DNA of 23,320 bases from an uncultured bacterium (GTDB lineage Bacteria > Abyssobacteria > SURF-5), in the NCBI GenBank assembly GCA_964607485.1, contig CAZSKP010000059.1, positions 1 to 23,320 on the forward strand, read 5' to 3'. The position numbers were made by a program, and so were the translations under genes. Position 1 is the first letter of the stretch; every line of letters begins with the position of its first letter. The notes beneath the pieces were generated by a model, which had not been told where the DNA came from, ran no database searches, and worked only from the letters and a program-made list of their open reading frames with translations. Below, piece after piece: positions 1 through 8,756 of the stretch.

Positions 1-41
1 GCCAAATATATATAAGTTGCTATTTGGCGGCAACTTAGGGG

Positions 42-66
42 AAAGGGGGGCTGTCCCCTTTTTTTG
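42..66 (+). terminator. Hairpin plus T-run (possible intrinsic terminator or REP-like element) upstream of the first gene
   Basis: AAAGGGG-GGGCTGT-CCCCTTT followed by further Ts. Confidence 0.4.
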
Positions 67-104
67 GTTGTTGCGGTGACCCTGTTAATGCGGGATAGGC
101 AGGG

Positions 105-1367
105 ATGAGAATGACCCAAGCAAAAAGCGCGGTGGTTTTCTGTCTTGCCGTCGCTCTGTCGGCATTTTTGAGCCAATTGGCTTTCGCCGCCGCAGTTGAA
201 ACCCCTACCGGAAAGAGGATCCCGGGCCGGATACTCGACGAAGGAGACAAAACGTACAAAGTAGGCACGGACCTTCCGGGCGGCGGGCGCATCATTTTCA
301 ACGTGGACAAAGGGAAGGTCGATCCGCACGGAACGGTCCCCGGCAGAGGAAGAATCGAGGACATAAAGGGCAAAGCGCAGATAAAAAGGGCCAATATGCC
401 GCGATTCGTCACTGCGACGAAATACATGAGCGTGAACCCGGGGGACGAAATCCGCACCGCGCCCGATTCCGAGGTCGTTCTGACGCTGGAGACGACGGCC
501 GTCAACGGCGTGGGCGAAAACACGCACTGCACCCTCGATAGTTTTGAAATAAATCCCGACACCAAGTCCGCCCAGGTCAAAATCGGCTTGCCCGAGGGAC
601 AACTGTGGTCTGAAGTTGGAAAACTGAAAACGAAAGACTCAAAATTTGAGATTGAAACGCCGAGCGCGGTCACCGGTGTGCGCGGAACAGTGTTTCTCGT
701 GGAAGTCGAAAAGGAAACGACCGAGACCAACGTCGCAGTCGTCTCCGGGAAGGTGGCTGTCGGCTCCAAGGGCGTGGCCGCTCCGGAGGTTGTCCTAAGC
801 AAAAAAGAGGCCCTCGTCGTGAAGCCCGGAGAGGAACCGAGAAAATTCGGCGCTACGGAGCTTCTCAACCGTATTATGAAAATAGTCGAGCAGTGGGCGA
901 AGCAGTCGGAGTACTTCCAGGCGGTCACTGCGCTCGCCGGGATAGGACAAGTCGAGGAAATCGAGATTGAGCCGGGATTGCCCGAGGCACAGCGACAGCT
1001 CATCTACGATTCGATCCAAGCCGGCTGGGAGAAAGCGTCGGAAGACTTCTTCCAAATCGATAAGGCTCTGAAGCTGTTCTACCTCGATTTTGCGCGGTTC
1101 CCCACACCGGAGGAAGGGGGTCTGGAAGCGCTCGTTCACAGCACTGGAACACCTCAATGGAACGGGCCATACACCGAACCCGAGTACCTGAAAGATCACT
1201 ACGGCGTTCCTTACGGCTACGCCCTTGAGCGCGACATCAGCGGCAACGAATATGTGGAAATAACGACGTTCGGTTACGACAAGAGACCGGGCACAAAGGA
1301 CGACCGTCGAAAAATCATCCTGGAAGATGACGCGCGGCGCTGGGAGGATAGCAAGGACTATCGGTGA
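105..1367 (+). CDS. Secreted FecR-domain protein with C-terminal type II secretion GspG-like pseudopilin head domain
   Basis: Sec-type signal peptide (..ALSAFLSQLAFA-A). FecR-like motifs GDEIRT..DSEVVL, GENT, FEIETPSAVTGVRGTVFLV, VAVVSGKVAV. The C-terminus has the GspG pattern ALKLFYLDFARFPT.EEGGLEALV..WNGPY..KDHYGVPY..TFGYDKRPGTKDD. Confidence 0.8.
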   Translation: MRMTQAKSAVVFCLAVALSAFLSQLAFAAAVETPTGKRIPGRILDEGDKTYKVGTDLPGGGRIIFNVDKGKVDPHGTVPGRGRIEDIKGKAQIKRANMPRFVTATKYMSVNPGDEIRTAPDSEVVLTLETTAVNGVGENTHCTLDSFEINPDTKSAQVKIGLPEGQLWSEVGKLKTKDSKFEIETPSAVTGVRGTVFLVEVEKETTETNVAVVSGKVAVGSKGVAAPEVVLSKKEALVVKPGEEPRKFGATELLNRIMKIVEQWAKQSEYFQAVTALAGIGQVEEIEIEPGLPEAQRQLIYDSIQAGWEKASEDFFQIDKALKLFYLDFARFPTPEEGGLEALVHSTGTPQWNGPYTEPEYLKDHYGVPYGYALERDISGNEYVEITTFGYDKRPGTKDDRRKIILEDDARRWEDSKDYR

Positions 1368-1690
1368 TGCCTAGGAGCGCTCAATCGCAGCTGCGGAACT
1401 TTTACCGGCTGGCGGCCATTTTAGCCGATGGCGTGGCGCTCGCCGCCGCGTTGATCTGGCTGGGTGTGATGGTCGGGCTGGCGTGGAGCGCCGGCGTTCC
1501 CCTGTTCACAGCGCTGAAGCGGGCTCTTGTCGGCTCGGTGCTCGTTTACGCGCTTTTCTTCGTGGGACTCCATATCGTGTTCAGAATGGCCGGCAGGACG
1601 GCCCGCAAGGGCAAAGGAGCAAGGGTGGAGGCCCGTCCCGCAAGCCGACAGGAGCCGAGTCAAGAGAGTACGCCCGAGACGGCGCGATAG
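1367..1690 (+). CDS. Small membrane protein (two predicted TM helices, basic C-terminal tail)
   Basis: ATG overlaps the upstream stop (TGATG). Hydrophobic stretches LAAILADGVALAAALIWLGVMVGLAW and ALVGSVLVYALFFVGLHIVF. GTG at 1364 is an alternative start. Confidence 0.7.
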   Translation: MPRSAQSQLRNFYRLAAILADGVALAAALIWLGVMVGLAWSAGVPLFTALKRALVGSVLVYALFFVGLHIVFRMAGRTARKGKGARVEARPASRQEPSQESTPETAR

Positions 1691-1708
1691 AAGGAGTATT
1701 CGCCGAAC

Positions 1709-2137
1709 ATGCCTCTCACCAATTGCATCAGGTGCGGGTCGGTCTTCTCTCGAGTCAATAAACTCATATGCCCCGAATGCATTCGAAAAGAAGAGACCGA
1801 TTTTGAAAAGGCCGTCGAGTGGCTGCGCGATAATCCGAAACAAACCATCCAGGCTCTCAGCGAAGCCACGGGCATCGAGAAGCGCGACATTCTCAGATGG
1901 ATTCGGGAGAAACGCATAGTGATGACGGATTCGGCGGGGTCTGTGACGTGCAGAAAATGCGGTGCCCCGATTTCAGGCGGAAATTTCTGCGATCGCTGCA
2001 AGCTGGGGTTGGCGCAGGAGGTCAGCGACAACCTTAAGGCAATAGAAGAGGAAAAGAGACTTCGCCATCCGATGGAAGAAAAAGAGAAGAAGAAGGGCTT
2101 CCACTATCGTCCGCTCGAGCGAGGGAGGGGCGGCTGA
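1709..2137 (+). CDS. YvyF-like (flagellar operon protein family) Zn-finger/HTH protein
   Basis: NCxxCG..ICPxC, then FEKAVEWLRDNP..LSEATGI..ILRWIRExRI, then CxxCG..I..G.FCxxC. AAGGAG RBS at 1691-1696. Confidence 0.8.
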   Translation: MPLTNCIRCGSVFSRVNKLICPECIRKEETDFEKAVEWLRDNPKQTIQALSEATGIEKRDILRWIREKRIVMTDSAGSVTCRKCGAPISGGNFCDRCKLGLAQEVSDNLKAIEEEKRLRHPMEEKEKKKGFHYRPLERGRGG

Positions 2138-2193
2138 AGGTGTGCTCCGGGGCTGCGCTCCTCTTCCCCACCGCGTCTCAGACTCTCAGAGGA

Positions 2194-5100
2194 TCAGACG
2201 TTTTCTTCCTTGAAGGGGCAAAATGATTCGTATCCGCAATCGCCGCAATCACGCACTCTGCGCTCGCCATTGACTTCCATTCCAAAGTTTCCGCCTGCAA
2301 TCTTGCGGGCGTCCTCGATGATTCCATCGCGAATCTCCCGAAGCTCGTCCGCGGAAAACCGGTGCTCTACCTCCTCTCCCGTTGAGAGATAGAAATTGCT
2401 CGTGAGGATGCCCTTCTCTCCCAGAACCGATTCCATCGCCAGACGATACACGGCAAGCTGGAGCGGGTGGTTTTTGTCGTCGCGCACGCCGGTCTTATAA
2501 TCCACGATTTTGAGGGAACCGCCCTCGCGATGTACGCGGTCAACTTTCCCTTCGAACATTATCTGCCGCGAATCCTCCTCCACTCTCCAATGGAATTCCT
2601 TTTCCTCATACAACGTTTCCGCTTCGGACAACGGCGCCGCCAGATACCTCTCTATCATCGCGTTTCCAGTCTGGACCATGTTCCTCGGACAACGGTGCAC
2701 GCGACAGAGTTCGGCGAAAATTTCGGCGGCATCCGCCTTCACGCCGCCCTTCCTGCCGCGGTGATACTGCATCAGCGTCCTGTGCAGCAAGGTGCCGAGC
2801 AGGGTGGCGTTGACTCCGTCGAACGGGTGCCTCTCGTCCTCCGATTCCTCGTGTGGCGCAAGGGGGAGGTTGTATAAGTATCGGAGCGCGTACTTCATCG
2901 GACAGCGGCGGAACAGCGCAAGGCGCGAGTAACTCAATCCTATCGTTCCCGCCGCACCGGCCACATCCTGGGCGGGAAGAAGGCGGTTCACTCTTTGCAC
3001 GGCTCTTGCAGCGATTTCCCTTATTTCTTCGATTCCCATGTGTGTTGTCGCTTCCGTTGCGGGCGTGGAAATACTCGCCGCAGTTGTGACAGGCGTCGCC
3101 AATCCCACGCTCTTGCCCTCGCGTTCCGATGCGAACTCTTCGATAAGTTGAAAAAAATCAGCCGCGGCTCCGTCCTTGGGAACGGGCGTGGTGAGATAGA
3201 GGAGGTCCTTGGCTCGTGTCATCGCCACATACATCACTCGATTCTCTTCGAGATAGTGCGTCTCCCTCAGGCATTTCTCTATGCCTACCCCATAGCCGCC
3301 CTCGTATCTCACGGTAGGGTCGCCCTGTGGAAGCTTCCGCGCGAACAGGCCGAACCTCTCGTCATAACCAAGATTCGCCGAGCGAAACTTCAAGGGGAAC
3401 GCGCCCGGCCCGAGATTGACCACAAACACCACGGGGAACTCGAGCCCCTTCGCCTGATGCACAGTCATGATCTGGACCGAATTCGGCTCGGGACCGACGG
3501 GAGCGGCGCTCGCTGCGGCTTCCATGGCAGCGTCCATGTATGATAGGAATTCCTCCAATCCCGCGGCCGGATTGCGCTCCTCGAACGACGTCGCCATTTT
3601 GTAAAAAGATGCGATATTGGAGAATCTGGCTCCGCGCGGGCCTTCGAGCGACGAGAGATACTTCAGATAACCGGTGCGGTCGAGCAGCTCCGAAAACAGC
3701 TCGCCTAGGGTGAGCGACCCCTGCGAATTCGCGAGCTCACTTATCATTGTGACAAGCTTTCGCAATCTCTCGCGCGTCAAGGATCGAAAGCGGTCAATGA
3801 GACCCTCGGAATTTTTCAGTACATCATAGAGACTCGAGTGGGGCTCGTCCCTGAGTTTGCAGATTGCGTGCAATGTGGCATCGCTCAATCCGACGACCGC
3901 GCTCTGCAGAACCCGCAGCATGGAAAGGTCGTCGAACGGGTTGGATACCAGCCGGAGAAGCGCCAGCAGGTCTTTCGTCTCGCAGAGGTCGTAGAAGCCG
4001 AATCCCCCCACGGTCGCATAAGGAACGTTGCAAGCACTTAACGCGTCTTCGTACGGTCGCGACGCGTGAACGCTCCGCATCAGCACTGCGATGTCTCCGG
4101 GTCCGCACAGCCCAATCTCCAGCAGATGGCTGATTTCGCCTGCCACATATTCGGCCTCAGCCTCCCGGTTGTCGGCTCGAAACAATTTGACCTGCGCGGT
4201 CCCGGCACGGCCGCGTCCTCCGCTCAGAGCTGGCCTGAGGGGGCGTTCGGCGGGCATGGATTGGCCGATAAAGAAATTGGCCGAATCGAGTATCTCACCG
4301 AAGGAGCGGTAGTTCTCGTCAAGGAGGATTGTCTCGCCGGGGAAGTCCTCCATGTTCTCCACGCGGGCCTCACGCCATTCGTAAATGGATTGTTTCTTGT
4401 CGCCGACTATCGTGACATTCGCGAAGTCTGCGCTCAGCGCTTTGAGCAACCGATATTGTCCTCGGTCGGTGTCCTGGAATTCATCGACGAGAATATAGTC
4501 GAACCGTTGCTTCACCGACGGGTCCGTTGTTGCAAGCCGGTAGGCGTGAAAGATGAGATCGTTGAAGTCGAGCAGGTCTTGTCTCTTCAGCTTCTCCTGA
4601 TAGGCTCTGAAAATTTCATAGACCGCGTTCAGCGACAGCCGCTCATGCGTCCTTGCCGCCGGTAGAGACTCCAGGCGCCTCCTTGCCTTCTTCCTGGTGC
4701 CAGGGTGAATCTCCTTGTTCGCAACGGTCTCTCTCAGAATCCTTTCGATGGTTCCATACTGTTCATTCAAGGTTTCGCCGACGGCATGCGTAAGATTCTC
4801 GACTGTGATGAAATGGCTTTTCAGCCGATTGACTGCCGCGACCACATTTTGAACGAACTCTTCGGCTCGCTCTATCATCAGTTCTTCGAAACTGTCGAGC
4901 TCTGTGGCCGTGTCCAATTTCCTGTCCAGGAAATCATTGACAATCTCTTCAAGGATGAGCCGCTGCTCCGCCTCCTCGACGACGGCGAACGACGGATCGA
5001 GGCCGACCACGAGCGGGCTCTGCTTCAAGAGCCTGAGACAGATGGAATGGAAATTACCGATCCACAAGAGAAGCGGCGCCTCCGACCGGCTCATCAGTCC

Positions 5101-5337
5101 GCCGCCAAGAAGCGCATCCACAATTCGGCTCTGCATCTCCGCCGCGGCCTTCTTCGTAAAGGTCAGCGCCAAGATACGGTGAGGCCGCATGCGATGTTTT
5201 TCGACAAGGTGTACGAAGCGATGCGTAAGGACAGCGGTCTTCCCCGTTCCCGCGCCAGCGACCACCTTGAGCGGTCTGTCTATCCCGAATTCGATGGCCC
5301 TGCGCTGAGCATCGTTCGGCTTGAAGTCACCGGTCAT
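2194..5337 (-). CDS. ATP-dependent UvrD/REP helicase with C-terminal PD-(D/E)XK nuclease (AdnB-like subunit)
   Basis: Walker A AGAGTGKT, ALTFTKKAA, LVDEFQD, GDKKQSIY, ENYRS, MTVHQAKGLEF, YVAMTRAK. Nuclease GKVDRV..IVDYKTG..QLAVY. Cys set CP..CxxC..C. Start moved to ATG 5337 (MTGDFKPNDAQ), which overlaps the partner gene's stop by 11 nt. Confidence 0.9.
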   Translation of the reverse strand: MTGDFKPNDAQRRAIEFGIDRPLKVVAGAGTGKTAVLTHRFVHLVEKHRMRPHRILALTFTKKAAAEMQSRIVDALLGGGLMSRSEAPLLLWIGNFHSICLRLLKQSPLVVGLDPSFAVVEEAEQRLILEEIVNDFLDRKLDTATELDSFEELMIERAEEFVQNVVAAVNRLKSHFITVENLTHAVGETLNEQYGTIERILRETVANKEIHPGTRKKARRRLESLPAARTHERLSLNAVYEIFRAYQEKLKRQDLLDFNDLIFHAYRLATTDPSVKQRFDYILVDEFQDTDRGQYRLLKALSADFANVTIVGDKKQSIYEWREARVENMEDFPGETILLDENYRSFGEILDSANFFIGQSMPAERPLRPALSGGRGRAGTAQVKLFRADNREAEAEYVAGEISHLLEIGLCGPGDIAVLMRSVHASRPYEDALSACNVPYATVGGFGFYDLCETKDLLALLRLVSNPFDDLSMLRVLQSAVVGLSDATLHAICKLRDEPHSSLYDVLKNSEGLIDRFRSLTRERLRKLVTMISELANSQGSLTLGELFSELLDRTGYLKYLSSLEGPRGARFSNIASFYKMATSFEERNPAAGLEEFLSYMDAAMEAAASAAPVGPEPNSVQIMTVHQAKGLEFPVVFVVNLGPGAFPLKFRSANLGYDERFGLFARKLPQGDPTVRYEGGYGVGIEKCLRETHYLEENRVMYVAMTRAKDLLYLTTPVPKDGAAADFFQLIEEFASEREGKSVGLATPVTTAASISTPATEATTHMGIEEIREIAARAVQRVNRLLPAQDVAGAAGTIGLSYSRLALFRRCPMKYALRYLYNLPLAPHEESEDERHPFDGVNATLLGTLLHRTLMQYHRGRKGGVKADAAEIFAELCRVHRCPRNMVQTGNAMIERYLAAPLSEAETLYEEKEFHWRVEEDSRQIMFEGKVDRVHREGGSLKIVDYKTGVRDDKNHPLQLAVYRLAMESVLGEKGILTSNFYLSTGEEVEHRFSADELREIRDGIIEDARKIAGGNFGMEVNGERRVRDCGDCGYESFCPFKEENV

Positions 5338-8300
5338 CTTGCTCTGCGTCCTGCCTTTCGAGATTGCATACACAATCAAACGAGCACCGCGCACACTCGA
5401 ACGATGATTTTGGCTTCGGATCGAACTCCCCCGCGGCAATCCGATTGACAACCGCCACGATGCTCTCCTGCACAACTTGCATGTCCCCGGCCGAAAGACA
5501 ATCCGGTTTGTCTTCGCAGACTCGGAGCGAGGATTTCTTGAACATTCCCGATGCATCCTCCTGCGCGAGCCAATAGTACGTCAGCGCCACAGGGTCATGG
5601 CCTGCGTTCCTGGCGGCAAGCAGATACAAGGGCAATTGAAAATCCTCGGGCGTGTAGTCCGCCCTGCCGTCAACGTTGAGAAACCGCTTCTTTATGACCC
5701 TTGCTCCTTTTGGTCCTGCGCCGGAGGTCTTGTAGTCGATTACGCGATCACCCTCGGGGGAGGACTCTATCCTGTCTATCTTTGCGACAAACGGATAATC
5801 GCGCACAGAAAATTCGACGCGCTTCTCGCATGCGATGATCTCCCTGTCCCCGGCTTGAGCCAGCTCGGTTGCGAGATACCGTCTGAGAATTTCTTCAGCC
5901 CGGTGCCTCACCGCCGCGCGCTGCAGGGCTGTCGCGAATCGCTTGCAGAAGGCGTCTGTTTGAGAATCTCCCTTCCCTCGCGACCCTTTCCAGATCGTCT
6001 CGAAAGTCCTCCTCAGCTCCGTCTCCAGCGCATTCCGGTCGCCGCTGAATCGTTTCACTTTCTTGTGAAACTTCTCGAGGACAAGGTGCACAAGCTGCCC
6101 CAGCCCGAAATCCTCGGGCCGTTCCGGCGCAACCCTGAGAATCTTCTCGAAGAAAAACCGGCGTGGACAGGCCACGTAAGTCGCAAGCTGGCTCGCGCTG
6201 TACCTGTGACCGGCGAGGTTCGGCGCCTGCCGTGGTTCCCTCTCAAACGGCGACTCAGCGCACACAAAACTCGCGTCCAAACCGAGAGATTCGAAAAAGC
6301 GAAACAGTTCGCGCGCGGCATCGACGCCGAGCGGGAGACTTTGCACGCAGGCTCGAAGCGCGCCTTCTATCTCCTGTTTGTTGAGAGACGCCGCTAAATG
6401 GATACGGGCATCTGACGAATCCCCGAAGCTGCTTCGCTCCTTCGAGGTCTCGTCGGGCTTTAGGCCGATGAGCTCCTCTATGAAAGGAGACGGTTGAACC
6501 GGCTCGGAGAGGTGCGACTCTTCCGTGAAGCAAACGGTGAGGCGTTCTCTTGCCCGAGTAAGGGCCACATACGCCAGTTGCCGTTCTTCCTTCAACTGCT
6601 CTTGCGGGGTCATCAGAAAGTGAAGGCCGCCGGCCGAAAGCTTCTTCTTCATGCCATGTTCCCGAACGGCCCCGGAAAGCTTCTCGAGCGATTTGCCGTC
6701 CAACAGGGACGACACTCGGCCAAGCATGGGAAAATATTCATCGGTCATATCGACGAGATACACGAAGCGAAATTCCATTCCTTTCGCTTGGTGCGCCGTC
6801 ATTATTCTGACTCCATCGGCGGACTCGTCGGATGGGTCGTTCTCCTGCTGGGACGAAAAATGGACAAACGCGTGATCCATGTATTCGGCGATGTCCGAGA
6901 GGGTGCACCTGCCGCGCGTTTCGGTGAAAATCCGCTCGATGTCGGCGACAACCTCATAAAGAAGGCGCAGATTGCGGGCGTCCCGAACGCCTTCGGCGAT
7001 GCCCCGGCTTCCGAGAATCTTCTCGTAGAACAATTTACTCATTATCGATTGGATGAGCGCGGAGGGACAATCCGCACTCGAGGCCTCTCTTCGAATGCCC
7101 TCAAAATAGCGAACGCATTCCCTCAGGCCGCGCGCCGTTTCCTCATCCGAAATCTCCAGCCCCTTCGGCGCTCCATCATGCACCACGAGTCGCAAGGTCT
7201 CGTACAAGCTCGCTGTTCCGACGGCGCCCTTGCGCTGCTCGGCGAGCCGGCGGAGCTCGACGGCGTCCAGCCGAAACGCCGGAACGCCGAGTACCCTCAG
7301 CAAAGCCCTGTCGTCGTCGGGATTGGCGAGCAACCGCACGAGGTCAGCCACGCAGCGGACCATCGGGTGCTTGTAGAAGCTGGTGCAGTTGTAAAGGACA
7401 TACGGGATGTCGTAATAGGAGAACGCTTCCTCAAATGCCGCAGCCGACCGGAATGTGCTCCGGCTGAGGACGGCAAAATCCGAATAGCACACCGGAGACG
7501 ATGGAGCCGCGCCGTCGAGGACCATGCATTTTATGTCGCGCGCTATCGCGTATGCCTGCTCGATGGCGTCCTTGTATGGGCTCACGTTCAGTTCCTCGCT
7601 GAGCGCCAAGGGCGCCGCCGCGCGCTCTTCCGCGTTGTTGTGCGCGATGAGGCTCTGAGACGCTTTCCGAAGCGCAGACGAAAGACGATAGTTCTGCCCA
7701 AGTCTGAATACGTCGGCCTTGCCTCTTGCCTCGGTGATGTCGGAAAACTGTCCCACACCGCTCCCGCGGAAACGATATATTCGCTGTTCCTCATCGCCCG
7801 CGACAAAGAGACACGTGTGTTCGGAAGCAAGAAGCTCGATGAGCCGAAGCTGGGCGGAATCGATTTCCTGAAACTCATCAACAAGTATATGAGAAAATTT
7901 CATCCTGTACCGCGAGAGCAATTTCGGGTCCGCTTCGAAAATGTCAAGCACACGCGCAACGGCGTCCCGAAAGCCTACCCAGTTTCTCTCATTCATGTAT
8001 TTCTCATACGCCGAATATATCCAACCCAGATCGCGAAGTTCCGGAGTGAGGTTTTGCGTAACTTCCCCGAAACGGGTCGGTCCGATGAGGTGCTGTTTCA
8101 GCAACCCGAAGAAATCCGAGATTTCCCGAGCCAAACCGTCCTTGAGAGCGACGGCTTTGAGCCCGCTGCGAAAACGACCGTGCTCCCGACGAAGGAGTTC
8201 CTTCATCACAAGGTATTCCTTGAAAGGCGGCACGAGAACAGGCGTGGGTGAAGGACCCGCGAGGGAAGCATGCTCCGTCAGAACGGAGCTGGCAAAGGAC

Positions 8301-8554
8301 TGACAGGTGTGGATCCACAGTTCATCATAACTTTGCCGTATCATCTCCTCTATGTCGCGGCGAAGCCGCGCTGCGGAGGCCGAAGAAAAGGTGAGCAGAA
8401 GTATGGAGGAAAGCGGCACTCCCCGCGACTTTGCGAGATGGGCGAAGCGAAGTGTGAGAAGATGAGTCTTTCCTGTGCCGGGACCGCCCGAAACGATAAC
8501 CGTTTCGGCATCGGATTCGACAGCCCGTCGTTGTACATCGTCGAGTTCGGCCAT
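5327..8554 (-). CDS. ATP-dependent UvrD/REP helicase with C-terminal PD-(D/E)XK nuclease (AdnA-like subunit)
   Basis: GGPGTGKT, LLTFS, LVDEFQE, GDEEQRIYRFRG, QNYR, MTAHQAKGMEF, YVALTRAR. Nuclease AKIDRI..VIDYKTS..QLPLY. Cys set CP..CxxC...C. Likely start ATG 8554 (MAELDDVQ) after GGAG. Confidence 0.9.
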   Translation of the reverse strand: MAELDDVQRRAVESDAETVIVSGGPGTGKTHLLTLRFAHLAKSRGVPLSSILLLTFSSASAARLRRDIEEMIRQSYDELWIHTCQSFASSVLTEHASLAGPSPTPVLVPPFKEYLVMKELLRREHGRFRSGLKAVALKDGLAREISDFFGLLKQHLIGPTRFGEVTQNLTPELRDLGWIYSAYEKYMNERNWVGFRDAVARVLDIFEADPKLLSRYRMKFSHILVDEFQEIDSAQLRLIELLASEHTCLFVAGDEEQRIYRFRGSGVGQFSDITEARGKADVFRLGQNYRLSSALRKASQSLIAHNNAEERAAAPLALSEELNVSPYKDAIEQAYAIARDIKCMVLDGAAPSSPVCYSDFAVLSRSTFRSAAAFEEAFSYYDIPYVLYNCTSFYKHPMVRCVADLVRLLANPDDDRALLRVLGVPAFRLDAVELRRLAEQRKGAVGTASLYETLRLVVHDGAPKGLEISDEETARGLRECVRYFEGIRREASSADCPSALIQSIMSKLFYEKILGSRGIAEGVRDARNLRLLYEVVADIERIFTETRGRCTLSDIAEYMDHAFVHFSSQQENDPSDESADGVRIMTAHQAKGMEFRFVYLVDMTDEYFPMLGRVSSLLDGKSLEKLSGAVREHGMKKKLSAGGLHFLMTPQEQLKEERQLAYVALTRARERLTVCFTEESHLSEPVQPSPFIEELIGLKPDETSKERSSFGDSSDARIHLAASLNKQEIEGALRACVQSLPLGVDAARELFRFFESLGLDASFVCAESPFEREPRQAPNLAGHRYSASQLATYVACPRRFFFEKILRVAPERPEDFGLGQLVHLVLEKFHKKVKRFSGDRNALETELRRTFETIWKGSRGKGDSQTDAFCKRFATALQRAAVRHRAEEILRRYLATELAQAGDREIIACEKRVEFSVRDYPFVAKIDRIESSPEGDRVIDYKTSGAGPKGARVIKKRFLNVDGRADYTPEDFQLPLYLLAARNAGHDPVALTYYWLAQEDASGMFKKSSLRVCEDKPDCLSAGDMQVVQESIVAVVNRIAAGEFDPKPKSSFECARCSFDCVCNLERQDAEQDDR

Positions 8555-8601
8555 GCTCGATAGCAACTCCAACAAGTGCTTCCGTCCGCCGACTGAACCT
8601 C

Positions 8602-8630
8602 AGTGTAGCACAGGGGTTATGGCATGTCAA
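8602..8630 (-). promoter_or_regulatory. sigma70-type promoter for the helicase-nuclease operon
   Basis: TTGACA (8630-8625), 17-nt spacer, TACACT (8607-8602), preceded by an extended -10 TGn. Confidence 0.7.
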
Positions 8631-8688
8631 TGCGTTCCCGACCCAGGATTCCGCCCGATTACGCGCCGAGTGAGTGTGCTGCCGTTGA

Positions 8689-8717
8689 TTGACTGTCAAC
8701 GGTTACTTTGATATAAT
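8689..8717 (+). promoter_or_regulatory. sigma70-type promoter for the HEAT-repeat gene
   Basis: TTGACT (8689-8694), 17-nt spacer, TATAAT (8712-8717), with TG at the extended -10 position. AAGGAG RBS follows. Confidence 0.75.
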
Positions 8718-8756
8718 ACAATTCGAAAACACCCGAAGAAAAGGAGAATCTGAGCC

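Noticed and set aside
35..1003. 322-aa minus-strand ORF
   Set aside because: Antisense shadow of the FecR-domain gene; S/T/P-rich composition with no motifs.
5338..5556. 73-aa N-terminal extension of the AdnB-like ORF
   Set aside because: Overlaps the partner gene's nuclease domain; the helicase homology begins just after ATG 5337.
6494..8251. 585-aa plus-strand ORF
   Set aside because: Entirely antisense to the helicase-nuclease gene, with no recognisable motifs; a typical high-GC shadow ORF.
2194..8554. Anti-phage helicase-nuclease defence system
   Set aside because: The architecture matches housekeeping AdnAB-type repair, and no defence or mobile genes are nearby.
8620..8635. TGGCATGTCAATGC as a sigma54 promoter
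   Set aside because: GG-to-GC spacing is one base short, and the sequence is explained by the minus-strand TTGACA.
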